From a virus: DNA of 39,568 nucleotides. Position 1 is the stretch's first letter, and each line of letters starts with the position of its first letter. Positions 31,751-39,568 of the stretch are shown here, piece after piece. A program made the translations under genes and the position numbers. The notes under the pieces were generated by a model. The model ran no database searches, had not been told where the DNA came from, and saw only the letters and a program-made list of their open reading frames with translations. Location: positions 1 through 39,568 of the IMG/VR virus record IMGVR_UViG_3300045988_104095, one strand, 5' to 3'.

Positions 31751-32345
31751 CAATCATCCCTGCGGCTTGCAAGCCATTCGTGATAGTTCTGCAAGGTCAA
31801 AACCTCGTCGAGGTCGTAGACGTCTTGCAGGCTGTAATAGGTTTGAACCTCCCGCAGGCTCGCGAGCCGCGAGGAAACGGCACGACCGCAAACCGGCGGG
31901 AGATTCGCTAGTGCCGACGTTCCTTTGACTTTTAGCAGGTCAGAACGCCACGCATCGTGGAGAGGAAGTTCGAGAACCCGCCTTTGCCGAAAAAACCGAA
32001 ATTCGCCTGTACGGCCGCCGTCTTCAGAAGAAAGACGGTCGTCGGGTAGTCAATCTTCCCGTCAAGCGTGTCGGCGTCAACCGGAATGGTCGCCCCGCCC
32101 TGCACGATCTCACAGCACGAAAGCAGCTCATCCCAAAGCGGCGCAACCTTGTCATAGTCGACGGAGGAAAGCGCCTTGACGATCTCCGTCGCGTCGGCGT
32201 CTTTCGTCAAAGACGACAGGCCGCCGCCCAGCGCGAACGCCGCACGGATCAGCCAACGTTCCGCCTTAAGGGCAGACATCGGCGTAATCTTGAACGTAAA
32301 TTTGCGCTCTCCGTCTTGGAGTGTGATGGTTTTGGCCTCGCGCAT
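31750..32345 (-). CDS. Tail assembly chaperone -1 frameshift fusion (gpGT-like; 119 + 79 aa)
   Basis: After the T TTT TTC slip, the -1 frame is open for 79 codons (RQRRVLELPLHDAWRSDLLKVKG...EVQTYYSLQDVYDLDEVLTLQNYHEWLASRRDD). It stops at TGA 31752..31750, overlapping the tape-measure ATG as TGATG. Confidence 0.75.
31932..32345 (-). CDS. Tail assembly chaperone (gpG-like, zero-frame product)
   Basis: 137 aa between the tube and tape measure genes. The slippery site lies 19 codons before its stop. Confidence 0.8.
   Translation of the reverse strand: MREAKTITLQDGERKFTFKITPMSALKAERWLIRAAFALGGGLSSLTKDADATEIVKALSSVDYDKVAPLWDELLSCCEIVQGGATIPVDADTLDGKIDYPTTVFLLKTAAVQANFGFFGKGGFSNFLSTMRGVLTC
31989..31995 (-). 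other. Slippery heptamer T_TTT_TTC for a programmed -1 frameshift
   Basis: The plus strand reads gaaaaaa at 31989..31995. The zero frame reads GGT TTT TTC GGC. Confidence 0.75.
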
Positions 32346-32770
32346 TACTGGCAGTCCTCAAACGTCATTTGAACCGTCACCGGGTCTTGCACGCGGTTGG
32401 CGGCAGGCATCGGCATCATCTGAGTAAAGACGCCGTTGACGAACTGATAGGTGCGGTCAGTCGCCGGGTAATACACCGTCAGTTCGACGCCAAGTGGCGT
32501 TTTAAGTGACTTCTGCAGGGCCTGAGCCTCGCGCAGATAGGCAATCGCGGGCGCGGTCGGCTGAAGCGTCAGATTGACCACATAGGGATTCGGCGTGTAG
32601 CCCTTAACGAGATGGCCGTCAAGCGTCATGTCCGCCTGCACTTCCTGCACGGCGTCGGCGGCAATACCGGCATCCGTCGAGAACTGCGTCAGCTGAATGC
32701 CCGACGGGCAGACGTTTTCGATTTTGAGCCATGCGACTACGTTCGCTGAGGTCTTGTTATTGAACGGCAT
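32345..32770 (-). CDS. Tail tube protein
   Basis: 141 aa directly after the sheath gene and before the chaperone. AGGAG RBS is present. Confidence 0.7.
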   Translation of the reverse strand: MPFNNKTSANVVAWLKIENVCPSGIQLTQFSTDAGIAADAVQEVQADMTLDGHLVKGYTPNPYVVNLTLQPTAPAIAYLREAQALQKSLKTPLGVELTVYYPATDRTYQFVNGVFTQMMPMPAANRVQDPVTVQMTFEDCQ

Positions 32771-32782
32771 TTATATGCTCCT

Positions 32783-32806
32783 AAAAGGCCGCTCCGAAAA
32801 GCGGCC
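32783..32806 (-). terminator. Hairpin/terminator between the sheath and tube genes
   Basis: The minus strand reads GGCCGCT-TTTCGG-AGCGGCC TTTT AGGAGCATATAA ATG. Confidence 0.55.
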
Positions 32807-32815
32807 ATGTGACAT

Positions 32816-34318
32816 TTACAGGGCTGCGGTTACCGGCAGGTCGACCTTCTGAATCGAACCGCCGTAAGCGTAATAAAGCTGAGAGATCGGGGCGCCGCGC
32901 TGAGCGCGAACGGACGCGCCCGGATCGAGCACCTGCAAGAAATATCCCTTGCTTTGCAGTTCGCGCGGTGCCTCTTCGTTGCCCGTTTCCTGCATGATCT
33001 GAGCTTTCTGACTGTCGCTCAGGCTGATGCCCGCGTCAATGACGCCCGCATTCAATGCCTGCGTGATCGGGTCTTGGCACCACGATTTGAGCATAGTGTA
33101 GCCCGTCGCATTGTAGGGCGCACGGTTGACCGTAGCGAAGCCCTTCATAATCGAGGTCTGCAACTTGGAGCGAAGCCAAATAGAGCCGATCAACGTGTCA
33201 TAAAACCCGTACATAGCCGGGTTGCAGAGGGCGCCGCGGTTCGTGAACTGGAACTGATCATTACGCGTGGCAAACTGGCCGATATAGGAAACGGAAAGAG
33301 CGTCAAGCGCCTGAGCTTCCTGCTCTGTCGTCACCGTCGGCGTCAGGCCGCTTGCCGTCTTGCCGAAGATAACCTTCATGCCCTGCGTCGCATCCCATTT
33401 GATCGTGGCAGGGTAGGCCACGGCAAAAGCCGCCGTCACGTTGTTCTGCGCGTAGATCGGGAAGGTGCAGTTATAGCGATCCTTCATCGCGTAGGCGATA
33501 GTCGATTCCTGCGTGAGGGTGCTCGTCATCTTCGTGTCGCTCGACCAAAAGACATACACAAAATCGTCTTCGATGTCGGCCCACGCGGCATAGGCTTCGG
33601 CCTCGGCCTTTTCCGTGACTTCCCACAGGGTCGTGAACTGCGCCCAGTTGGACGTGACGGAGCGGACGGCGTCAAGTGTAGCCGCTTCGGTCTGAGCCGC
33701 AGCACCCTGCGAAAGGACGGCACCCGCGGCCTGCGTCAGATTGAGCTTCGCAGAGAGGTCAGTACCACCTTCGCCCGCCGAGGCATAGCCCACGGTAGAC
33801 GTGGCGCCCTTCGTCGTCGATGTGAACGTAAATGTCTGCGTGTTCGAATCGTAAGATCCCGTGCAACCGGTCAGGGCCGTGGCAATCTTCGTAGCGACAT
33901 CCGAGAGAGATGTGGCGCCCGAGAGATCAACCGTTGCGGCGGTCTTTTCTGCGCCGTCAATGGTGAGCTTCATGGCGCCGTCTTTGATGGCCTTGAATGC
34001 GGCCAAGTCGGCGGAAACCCTTGCGCCTCGAATCCACGCGGCGCAATCTTCATTGATGCGGCGCCCAATCACGAGCGCAGTCGGTGCCTTCTGCTGATTC
34101 GTCAGGCCCGTGAAGTACTGCTGAGAAAAGCGAGCTTCATCGGAGTCCGGGCCGAAGAAATCGGACACGGCGGAGGCTGAGGCGAAGGCGACGGCCGGGG
34201 CCCCGGTCGGCAGCAGTGCGCTCTTTGTGAGCACCATGCCGTTCGTTTCAAGATCGGAAGCGCCCGCGCTGATGGTGCGCGGCGTGATCGCGACAAGATA
34301 ACCAGCTGGAATTGACAT
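32816..34318 (-). CDS. Tail sheath protein
   Basis: 500 aa immediately upstream of the tube gene. Size and position are typical of sheath proteins. Confidence 0.75.
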   Translation of the reverse strand: MSIPAGYLVAITPRTISAGASDLETNGMVLTKSALLPTGAPAVAFASASAVSDFFGPDSDEARFSQQYFTGLTNQQKAPTALVIGRRINEDCAAWIRGARVSADLAAFKAIKDGAMKLTIDGAEKTAATVDLSGATSLSDVATKIATALTGCTGSYDSNTQTFTFTSTTKGATSTVGYASAGEGGTDLSAKLNLTQAAGAVLSQGAAAQTEAATLDAVRSVTSNWAQFTTLWEVTEKAEAEAYAAWADIEDDFVYVFWSSDTKMTSTLTQESTIAYAMKDRYNCTFPIYAQNNVTAAFAVAYPATIKWDATQGMKVIFGKTASGLTPTVTTEQEAQALDALSVSYIGQFATRNDQFQFTNRGALCNPAMYGFYDTLIGSIWLRSKLQTSIMKGFATVNRAPYNATGYTMLKSWCQDPITQALNAGVIDAGISLSDSQKAQIMQETGNEEAPRELQSKGYFLQVLDPGASVRAQRGAPISQLYYAYGGSIQKVDLPVTAAL

Positions 34319-34326
34319 TTTTTACC

Positions 34327-34878
34327 TCATGGTTTGAATTTCGTGTCGACGTTTATCACATCGACAATTGCGGTTTTGAAAAAATCCTGCGCGAGTTTCA
34401 CGCGCTTCCAATAGCCCAAGTGCAGAACGAGAGTCCACCGGCTCACGTACTGTTTGGAATCCATCACGGCGGTCAGGTTCTGAACGTTTTCGGCAAATAA
34501 ACAGTCAATGCCGAACGCTAAGAAGTGTTGCACGCCGAAATCAGAACGTGCGACCGTTTCATAGGTCTGAGCACGCTCCAATGCGTCGAATATGTTCGTC
34601 GAATAGACGTCAATCTGAATATCTAGATTGACGTACTCGGCAAGCTCCATCACCTCATCGCCGTCAGGCTTCCAGCTCTCAATGTTTGAGCCGCTTCGGG
34701 ACTGGCGAATCGGGGTAACAATGCAGAAGTCGTTGCCGTCCTTCGGGAGCGTTCTATTGTTGCCGAACCCGTCAAGGACGTGCATCTCGTCCGTGATGGC
34801 CGGGGCCGCGAAGTTGTAGCAGAACTTAATGCACGCGTTCAGTATGTCGGCCTGCGATATGTCTTTAACTGCCGCCAT
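34327..34878 (-). CDS. Tail completion / sheath-proximal protein (183 aa)
   Basis: ORF track, assigned by position. Confidence 0.5.
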   Translation of the reverse strand: MAAVKDISQADILNACIKFCYNFAAPAITDEMHVLDGFGNNRTLPKDGNDFCIVTPIRQSRSGSNIESWKPDGDEVMELAEYVNLDIQIDVYSTNIFDALERAQTYETVARSDFGVQHFLAFGIDCLFAENVQNLTAVMDSKQYVSRWTLVLHLGYWKRVKLAQDFFKTAIVDVINVDTKFKP

Positions 34879-35305
34879 AGGCTGGCTCCTTTACTTTGAA
34901 GCGCGGCGGCACCGTCTGCAAAACGGCCTGCACGCATACCCATCCTTCATGCGTGAAATCCTCAATCACGGCATCGACCAGCCAAAAGGCTCCGCGATCG
35001 TCCTTGAGCAAATCCCCCGACCTGCCGAGCAGGCGCCACGACGCCCACGGGCGCGAAGAAGCGTCATCCGTCGCGCGAAGGTATACCCTGCGAACGGTCG
35101 TCGCCTCATTGATGCGCTCGGTCTTAATGATCTCGTCGGCCTTGATGCTCTGCCATTGGCCAAGCACCGGCACCGGCCCAGCGAACACGGGGAGTAAGTC
35201 GCCGCGCTCTCCGCGCTCCTGCTCCCCCGTCATCGTGTAAAGCTCGGCGGGTAGATCGCGAGCGACGGCGGTTATCGCGCCCCGCACCACAGCGTGTAAA
35301 TTCAT
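34865..35305 (-). CDS. Head-tail joining/neck protein (146 aa)
   Basis: ORF track, assigned by position. Confidence 0.5.
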   Translation of the reverse strand: MNLHAVVRGAITAVARDLPAELYTMTGEQERGERGDLLPVFAGPVPVLGQWQSIKADEIIKTERINEATTVRRVYLRATDDASSRPWASWRLLGRSGDLLKDDRGAFWLVDAVIEDFTHEGWVCVQAVLQTVPPRFKVKEPAYGGS

Positions 35306-35766
35306 TTCTTCCGAACCTCGCTGCTAATCGACCTAATCAGGGATGTTGTGTCAATCAAGGGCGCCGCCGGGTTCTCCCTGCGCTTGCGCTCCTTGGCTTC
35401 AATCGTCTCGGGTGAAAGCGGCTCAAAGTCGCCGCGCTTAATCGTTGCGATTATGTCCGCACGCATCACGCGCCCAACAACGCCTAACACTTCCTCGGCC
35501 CTTCTGATGCCTCGTCTCTTCACACCTATGGCGAGCTGTTCGCGCCACTCCGTTTTGTGGCCCTCGACCGTTTGCCGAAGGAAGGGACGCGCAGGCATCT
35601 TTGATGTGCCGTATTCAAGCGCCAGCCCGTAGGCGGCCACGCTTTCCCCTGTGTCGGAATTTGTGGCGCCACCAAGCACCCCCGCAACGACTTCCAGCTT
35701 GCCTTTTCGGGCGGCCTTCGCAAGCTCTTGCAAGCCGCCCTTCGAGTAGACGACCTTGACGCGCAT
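35302..35766 (-). CDS. HK97 gp10-family head-tail component
   Basis: LEYGTSKMPARPFLRQTVEGHK motif, in the expected position. Confidence 0.7.
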   Translation of the reverse strand: MRVKVVYSKGGLQELAKAARKGKLEVVAGVLGGATNSDTGESVAAYGLALEYGTSKMPARPFLRQTVEGHKTEWREQLAIGVKRRGIRRAEEVLGVVGRVMRADIIATIKRGDFEPLSPETIEAKERKRRENPAAPLIDTTSLIRSISSEVRKK

Positions 35767-36198
35767 TTAACCACCCATATAGATGGGCTGGACGCCAAAA
35801 TACAGCGGCCCTTGTGCATAGCGCTTGAGAATTACCCACGCCTGCGCCCCGCACTTCGTCGAGTTCCACCACGCGGGGTTGGAGGTGTCGACCATGCCGC
35901 CAAACCCGGCGCTCACGGAGCCTTCGCCAGCAGTCTGCAAAGGCCCCGCCTGCTGATCGCCCCAAATGTATGACTGCGTGGCGATGTGGCAGGTCAGGAG
36001 GGTGAGAACAACCGCCCGCGTTTTAATGGGCGGCTGTGCGTCGGGATCGTAAGGAATCGCGCTGTCGTCGTCGTTGCCGATCAGCTCCGCCGCCTGATCA
36101 AAGCACGCTTCAAGCATCTCATCAGTAAAGCGCGTGATATCGGAAAATGCGGGGTATACCTCTCGGAAGGTCTCGGGATCGAACACGACGGCAGTCAT
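35767..36198 (-). CDS. DUF4054-like head-tail connector protein
   Basis: I prefer ATG 36198. Motifs: FDPETFREVYPAFSDITRFTDEMLEACFDQAAELI and LTLLTCHIATQ. Confidence 0.6.
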   Translation of the reverse strand: MTAVVFDPETFREVYPAFSDITRFTDEMLEACFDQAAELIGNDDDSAIPYDPDAQPPIKTRAVVLTLLTCHIATQSYIWGDQQAGPLQTAGEGSVSAGFGGMVDTSNPAWWNSTKCGAQAWVILKRYAQGPLYFGVQPIYMGG

Positions 36199-36202
36199 TG
36201 CG

Positions 36203-36640
36203 TTATTCCTTGTGTGAATTCTTTTGAGGCATCGGGTCGTCGCCCGTCTTTTCGTCGGCGTGGTCAATCGCGAAATTCAAGCCCTGCGCCTCGCTCTTCT
36301 TTTCCTTAATGCGCCCGGATGCGAACCACGGGCCATAAGCCTGACCGAGTTCGGCCTTCACCTGCTCCCATAACGCACGATCGACAACCGTCACGCCGTA
36401 ACCACCGGCAGGCAGTGCGCCGCCCGAAGCGTTCGCGAGATATACGCCGTTGCCGTTAATGGTGACGCTCTTGCCGTTACTCAGCGTGAACTTCTGAGAG
36501 ATGCGGGAGCGGAAAAGGATCGTGACTGTATCCGACGTCTTGGCAGTGTTGCCGACGCTCACCGTGGCGCCGTCTTCGCTGATTACCTTGACTTTCGGAG
36601 CGCTCGGAGCACGCTTTACTTTAGTTTCCTGATTGGCCAT
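36203..36640 (-). CDS. Hypothetical head-associated protein (145 aa)
   Basis: ORF track. Follows the major capsid gene. Confidence 0.55.
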   Translation of the reverse strand: MANQETKVKRAPSAPKVKVISEDGATVSVGNTAKTSDTVTILFRSRISQKFTLSNGKSVTINGNGVYLANASGGALPAGGYGVTVVDRALWEQVKAELGQAYGPWFASGRIKEKKSEAQGLNFAIDHADEKTGDDPMPQKNSHKE

Positions 36641-36665
36641 TTTTTCTGTTTCCTTAAAAATTGAA

Positions 36666-36689
36666 CGGGGAGAGCGTCAGCCCTCCCCG
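36666..36689 (-). terminator. Hairpin downstream of the major capsid gene; possibly a partial terminator
   Basis: CGGGGAG (36666-72) pairs with CTCCCCG (36683-89) around a 10-nt loop. On the minus strand it is followed by TTCAATTTTTAAGG. Confidence 0.4.
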
Positions 36690-36731
36690 GGGCATGATCA
36701 ATCTGACAACCTTGTCAAATTGATCCGGTCA

Positions 36732-37757
36732 TTACGACTTCTGAATACCCGTCATCGTCGCAACAGCGAACGGACGGAACAGCAGACAGCCGGTCGTAGA
36801 CGATGCCCACTTCTGAGACATGGAAGAGTGCTCGACGAGAACCGGATAGGTCTTCAGTTTTTCGAGGAAGCCGAATTTAGCCGTCGGCCGCCCTGCGATT
36901 TCCGTCGCGATCAGCATGGCTTTGCACACGCCTTCTTCATCCTGAAGCTGCGGGAGAGAAATAATCTCAAGGCTCGGGAAGAAGCCCTTAAGGGTCTGCA
37001 GAACCGGCGCGACGCCGAGCGTCGTCGTCTTGGCGAGCTGTCCCATAATGGACGGCGGCACCACCAGCTTGAGTTTGCTGTTAAAGCTCACATAGCCATT
37101 GGACGCGGCGGCGATCTGATTGAACATCGAAAGGATGTCGTTATAAATCTCGTTCGCGTCCTTGTCGGCCCATGCCGTTTTATTCGTGCCGACGGTAGCG
37201 GGCGACAGTGCGGCGGGCAGTGCCGGGTCGTTCAGCAGGCCATAAATAGACATACCGCTCACGCCAAACAAGTTGTAATTGTTGGCGTCGATTTCGATCG
37301 CGGTTGCCGCGGCGCGCTGTTTTTCAGACAGCAGATTGATCTTCTGAGCCGTCGCGATGTCTTCTTCCAAGTCGCCGATCTGAATAAAGGTCTGGAACTT
37401 GTAGGTTTCGCGGGTCACCTGCTCGATGTTGGCTTCAGACAGCAGGCCGCGACCGTAGTCGCTGTATGCCGTCGTCTGACCAACGTATTCAACGGCCGGG
37501 AACATCGTCTGAACGTCCTTCCAGTCGCCGCGCTTTTCTTCGGAGAAAATCTCCGTAGAGTTGCGGGGAGCCTGAAGGATTTCGACAATCTCAGGGCTAT
37601 AGTAGGTTGCAAACAGAGCAGGGGTCTGCACGTTGGCGACGGTCTGCAAAGCAGCATCCATCGCGATCTCGGCAGTGCCGTTCTGAGTCGGAAGAAAACG
37701 CCCGTTGCCCTTGCACAGGTCAAAGCCGAGGCGTTCCATGGTTTCACTTCGTGCCAT
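36732..37757 (-). CDS. Major capsid protein
   Basis: 341 aa in the capsid position, after the scaffold and a small structural protein. No lysine/arginine bias of the antisense type. Confidence 0.75.
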   Translation of the reverse strand: MARSETMERLGFDLCKGNGRFLPTQNGTAEIAMDAALQTVANVQTPALFATYYSPEIVEILQAPRNSTEIFSEEKRGDWKDVQTMFPAVEYVGQTTAYSDYGRGLLSEANIEQVTRETYKFQTFIQIGDLEEDIATAQKINLLSEKQRAAATAIEIDANNYNLFGVSGMSIYGLLNDPALPAALSPATVGTNKTAWADKDANEIYNDILSMFNQIAAASNGYVSFNSKLKLVVPPSIMGQLAKTTTLGVAPVLQTLKGFFPSLEIISLPQLQDEEGVCKAMLIATEIAGRPTAKFGFLEKLKTYPVLVEHSSMSQKWASSTTGCLLFRPFAVATMTGIQKS

Positions 37758-37781
37758 TTCAAATCCACCTTCAAAAAAAGA

Positions 37782-38297
37782 TTAAGACGCGGCCATCGGA
37801 GGCACGACATTGGGCTGCTGGTTGCTGATCAGCACAAGGGACTTCGCTTCCGTGCCCAGCACATTTTCAACGACGAAATTCGTCATCGTGTAGCCATCCT
37901 TCTTGGCGTTGCCCGTCTGCGTCGTGACAGAGCCGTCAGTCTGCGAGGCGAGCACGTAATCGCCCACCTTGGCGCTAGCGTTCTGCGCGACAACCCAAAA
38001 CTTGCCATTCGTGGCGATCTGCGCGAAGGCGCCTTTAGGAACGACCATCGCATTCGCAGCAGTCACTTCGCCCGTGATGTACTGGCGGGTGTAAACGACG
38101 ATGCCGCGCAGGATGCCGGTTCCGGCCTTGTTGACCTTCGTGCCGCCGGCGGTGCCGTCTGCGAAGCAGAAATTACCAACCGTCAGATCAGAGGCGGCCT
38201 GATAGGTCTGCGCCGTGTAGTGCGTTTCAACAACGCTCGCGGGCATACCCGCAATCGCGGGGGCAAGCCCCACATTTACTTTGGACTGGAGAGCCAT
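37782..38297 (-). CDS. Head decoration/cement-like structural protein (171 aa)
   Basis: Assigned by position between the scaffold and capsid genes. Gly/Ala/Thr/Val-rich, beta-type sequence. Confidence 0.5.
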   Translation of the reverse strand: MALQSKVNVGLAPAIAGMPASVVETHYTAQTYQAASDLTVGNFCFADGTAGGTKVNKAGTGILRGIVVYTRQYITGEVTAANAMVVPKGAFAQIATNGKFWVVAQNASAKVGDYVLASQTDGSVTTQTGNAKKDGYTMTNFVVENVLGTEAKSLVLISNQQPNVVPPMAAS

Positions 38298-38309
38298 TTG
38301 CCCATCTCC

Positions 38310-39470
38310 TTATCGAATGAACTGCTTCAAAAAATCCTCGTCGCTCTTGGGCGCCGAATCCATTGCACCGCTCGGGGCGGCGGTCTTGACCGACTGCAAA
38401 GCGGCAAAGACGTGTTTGGCGGCGCTGGCCGGGACGTTCTTGACGCCCATCGCCTTGACGGCGTCGAGATAGATCGCGTCGGCGCTGTCGTATGCCATCG
38501 GGTCGACGTTGCCCAGCACGGACTTGACTTCGGTCGCCGCGCGGTACTGAGCAGACAACTGCCCGCGCACCGTCTTGGCAATCATGGCCGCGTCCATGGC
38601 GCCGCCTTCGGGCTTGGCTTCGCCCGCGTCTTCGTCTTCGGCCTTGGCTTCGTCCTTAGGCTCGTCAGCGTCTTCGGCGCCTTCGGGCTTGGCAGGCTCT
38701 TCGTCTCGCGTGCCTTCCGTTTCCTGCACGGCCGCATCGGCCTTGCTTTCTTCGAACTTCGCGTGAGATTCAGCAAAAGCGCGCACCAGTGCGTCCTTCT
38801 GCTCGGGCGTCAGTTCAACGCCTGACTCGTCGATAGTCTTGCGTGCAAACTCCGTGAAGTCGTCACACGCCCCATCAACCTTTGTTTCTTCACTCATGGT
38901 GATTCCTCTAGGTTTTTCGTCAGAGACATAGCAGTAGGGAGCTCTACCCTCGTGAACAAGTGCAACGTGATTGCAAGCGAGATCGCGCATCACGAAGTCA
39001 TAAGCAAGCCCGTCCGGAGTCTCCCCGGGCGTGAAATCGGGCTTATATCGGTATCCGCAACTGAGGTCGCGCAGTGTGCCGTCCTCAATCGCGGAAATTG
39101 CTTTTTCATCCCACACGCTCAGCGCGTTGGTTATGTACGGCGGCTCCCACTTCGCGCTGGTGCCGACGGTGCCAACGCGAAGCTCCTTGTTCGGGTGCTC
39201 CGCGCTGTCAAACTTGTGTTCGATCAAAAGCGGCACGCCGTTGAACGTCGACAGTGCCGCCTTAAGCTCGTCAGGGTTACGCCAGCCGTAATAGATTCGG
39301 TCAGGGTCTAACTGCCGCTCTTCCCATCCCGGAATCTCGCGCCCGTAGTATGGCGCCACGTGGTCGCGGGTTAAATTCGATGTCTTGACCTGCAAAAAGC
39401 CGTTTTTGTCGCGCGTCCGCGCTGACTCCATAACGACCTTCTCATCAAGCGCTAAGAGTTCTTTTTCCAT
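38310..39470 (-). CDS. Prohead scaffold/protease-like protein (DUF2213-like N-domain with acidic C-terminal half)
   Basis: LQVKTSNLTRDHVAPYYGREIPG ... GVPLLIEHK ... LSCGYRY ... ACNHVALVHEGRA. This is followed by a D/E/K/A-rich region. The gene comes first after the Mu gpF-like gene. Confidence 0.65.
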   Translation of the reverse strand: MEKELLALDEKVVMESARTRDKNGFLQVKTSNLTRDHVAPYYGREIPGWEERQLDPDRIYYGWRNPDELKAALSTFNGVPLLIEHKFDSAEHPNKELRVGTVGTSAKWEPPYITNALSVWDEKAISAIEDGTLRDLSCGYRYKPDFTPGETPDGLAYDFVMRDLACNHVALVHEGRAPYCYVSDEKPRGITMSEETKVDGACDDFTEFARKTIDESGVELTPEQKDALVRAFAESHAKFEESKADAAVQETEGTRDEEPAKPEGAEDADEPKDEAKAEDEDAGEAKPEGGAMDAAMIAKTVRGQLSAQYRAATEVKSVLGNVDPMAYDSADAIYLDAVKAMGVKNVPASAAKHVFAALQSVKTAAPSGAMDSAPKSDEDFLKQFIR

Positions 39471-39568
39471 AGCTTTCTACTCAATAGTGGACGATACGTA
39501 CATTGGCAATTGTGAACCACGGTATTATTAACAATGTACCAATTAACCGACGTTTGGAGGTTGTACAC
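39452..39568 (-). CDS. 3' end of the same head morphogenesis gene: last intein residues (...GHVYNLQTSVNWYIVNNTVVHN) plus the C-extein CQCTYRPLLSRKLWKKNS and stop
   Basis: Continuing the frame from position 1 (= 39514) gives H (39514..39512), N (39511..39509), then C Q C T Y R P L L S R K L W K K N S and TAG at 39454..39452. Joined to the N-extein this restores PGELPG-CQCT, the conserved C-x-C end of Mu_F-type proteins. Confidence 0.85.
   Translation of the reverse strand: MYNLQTSVNWYIVNNTVVHNCQCTYRPLLSRKLWKKNS
39503..39531 (+). promoter_or_regulatory. Candidate sigma70-type promoter for the antisense endonuclease gene (TTGGCA-N17-TATTAA)
   Basis: TTGGCA lies at 39503..39508 and TATTAA at 39526..39531 (= 13..18 of the left copy), about 25 nt upstream of the GGAGG/ATG of CDS 56..952. 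It sits in a locally AT-rich stretch. Confidence 0.35.
39514..39568. repeat. Terminal direct repeat, copy 2 of 2 (duplicate of 1..55)
   Basis: Exact 55-nt identity with the window start. Confidence 0.95.

Noticed and set aside
36633-38825. A 730-aa plus-strand ORF, the longest in the track
   Set aside because: It is the codon-register antisense shadow of three well-supported minus-strand structural genes (capsid, decoration-like, scaffold). Its translation is Arg/Leu/Gly-rich low-information sequence with no RBS context. It stays open only because TTA/CTA/TCA codons are rare in the real genes.

Overview
This window is a complete, circularly closed genome of about 39.5 kb from a contractile-tailed dsDNA phage. 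The first 55 bases recur exactly as the last 55, so the unique length is 39513 bp.

Layout:
- The minus strand carries one long transcription direction: Cro/YdaS-like HTH, replication genes, RusA, a Q-like antiterminator, then the late genes. The late genes run TerS, TerL, portal and a Mu gpF-like head protein, cross the junction, then continue through scaffold, capsid, connectors, sheath, tube, chaperone, tape measure, baseplate, fibres, and finally holin, M15 endolysin and embedded spanins.
- The plus strand (10353..16065) carries an early-left arm: a Panacea/DUF4065 protein, ERF annealase, SSB, a Gp157-like protein, unknown genes, and a terminal two-gene cassette.
- I saw no integrase, CI-type repressor, tRNA, CRISPR array or reverse transcriptase.

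Most interesting observation: the ORF track misses a minus-strand gene that runs off the left edge and finishes at the right edge.
- It encodes a Mu gpF/SPP1 gp7-type head morphogenesis protein interrupted by a 324-aa intein.
- The only recognisable endonuclease in that intein (two HTH motifs plus a Vsr/DUF559-like nuclease, CDS 56..952) is encoded on the opposite strand, codon for codon in register with the intein frame. The intein frame stays open through it.

Other notable items:
- a Q-like late switch with an intrinsic terminator abutting the terS ATG
- 18-bp iterons inside the replication initiator gene
- a clean -1 frameshift in the tail chaperone
- a lower-GC 7-blade Kelch-like gene with near-identical DNA repeats
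- a lower-GC degenerate HNH-like island
- an acr/aca-like terminal cassette

All calls rest on hand translation and motif recognition. No database search was run.
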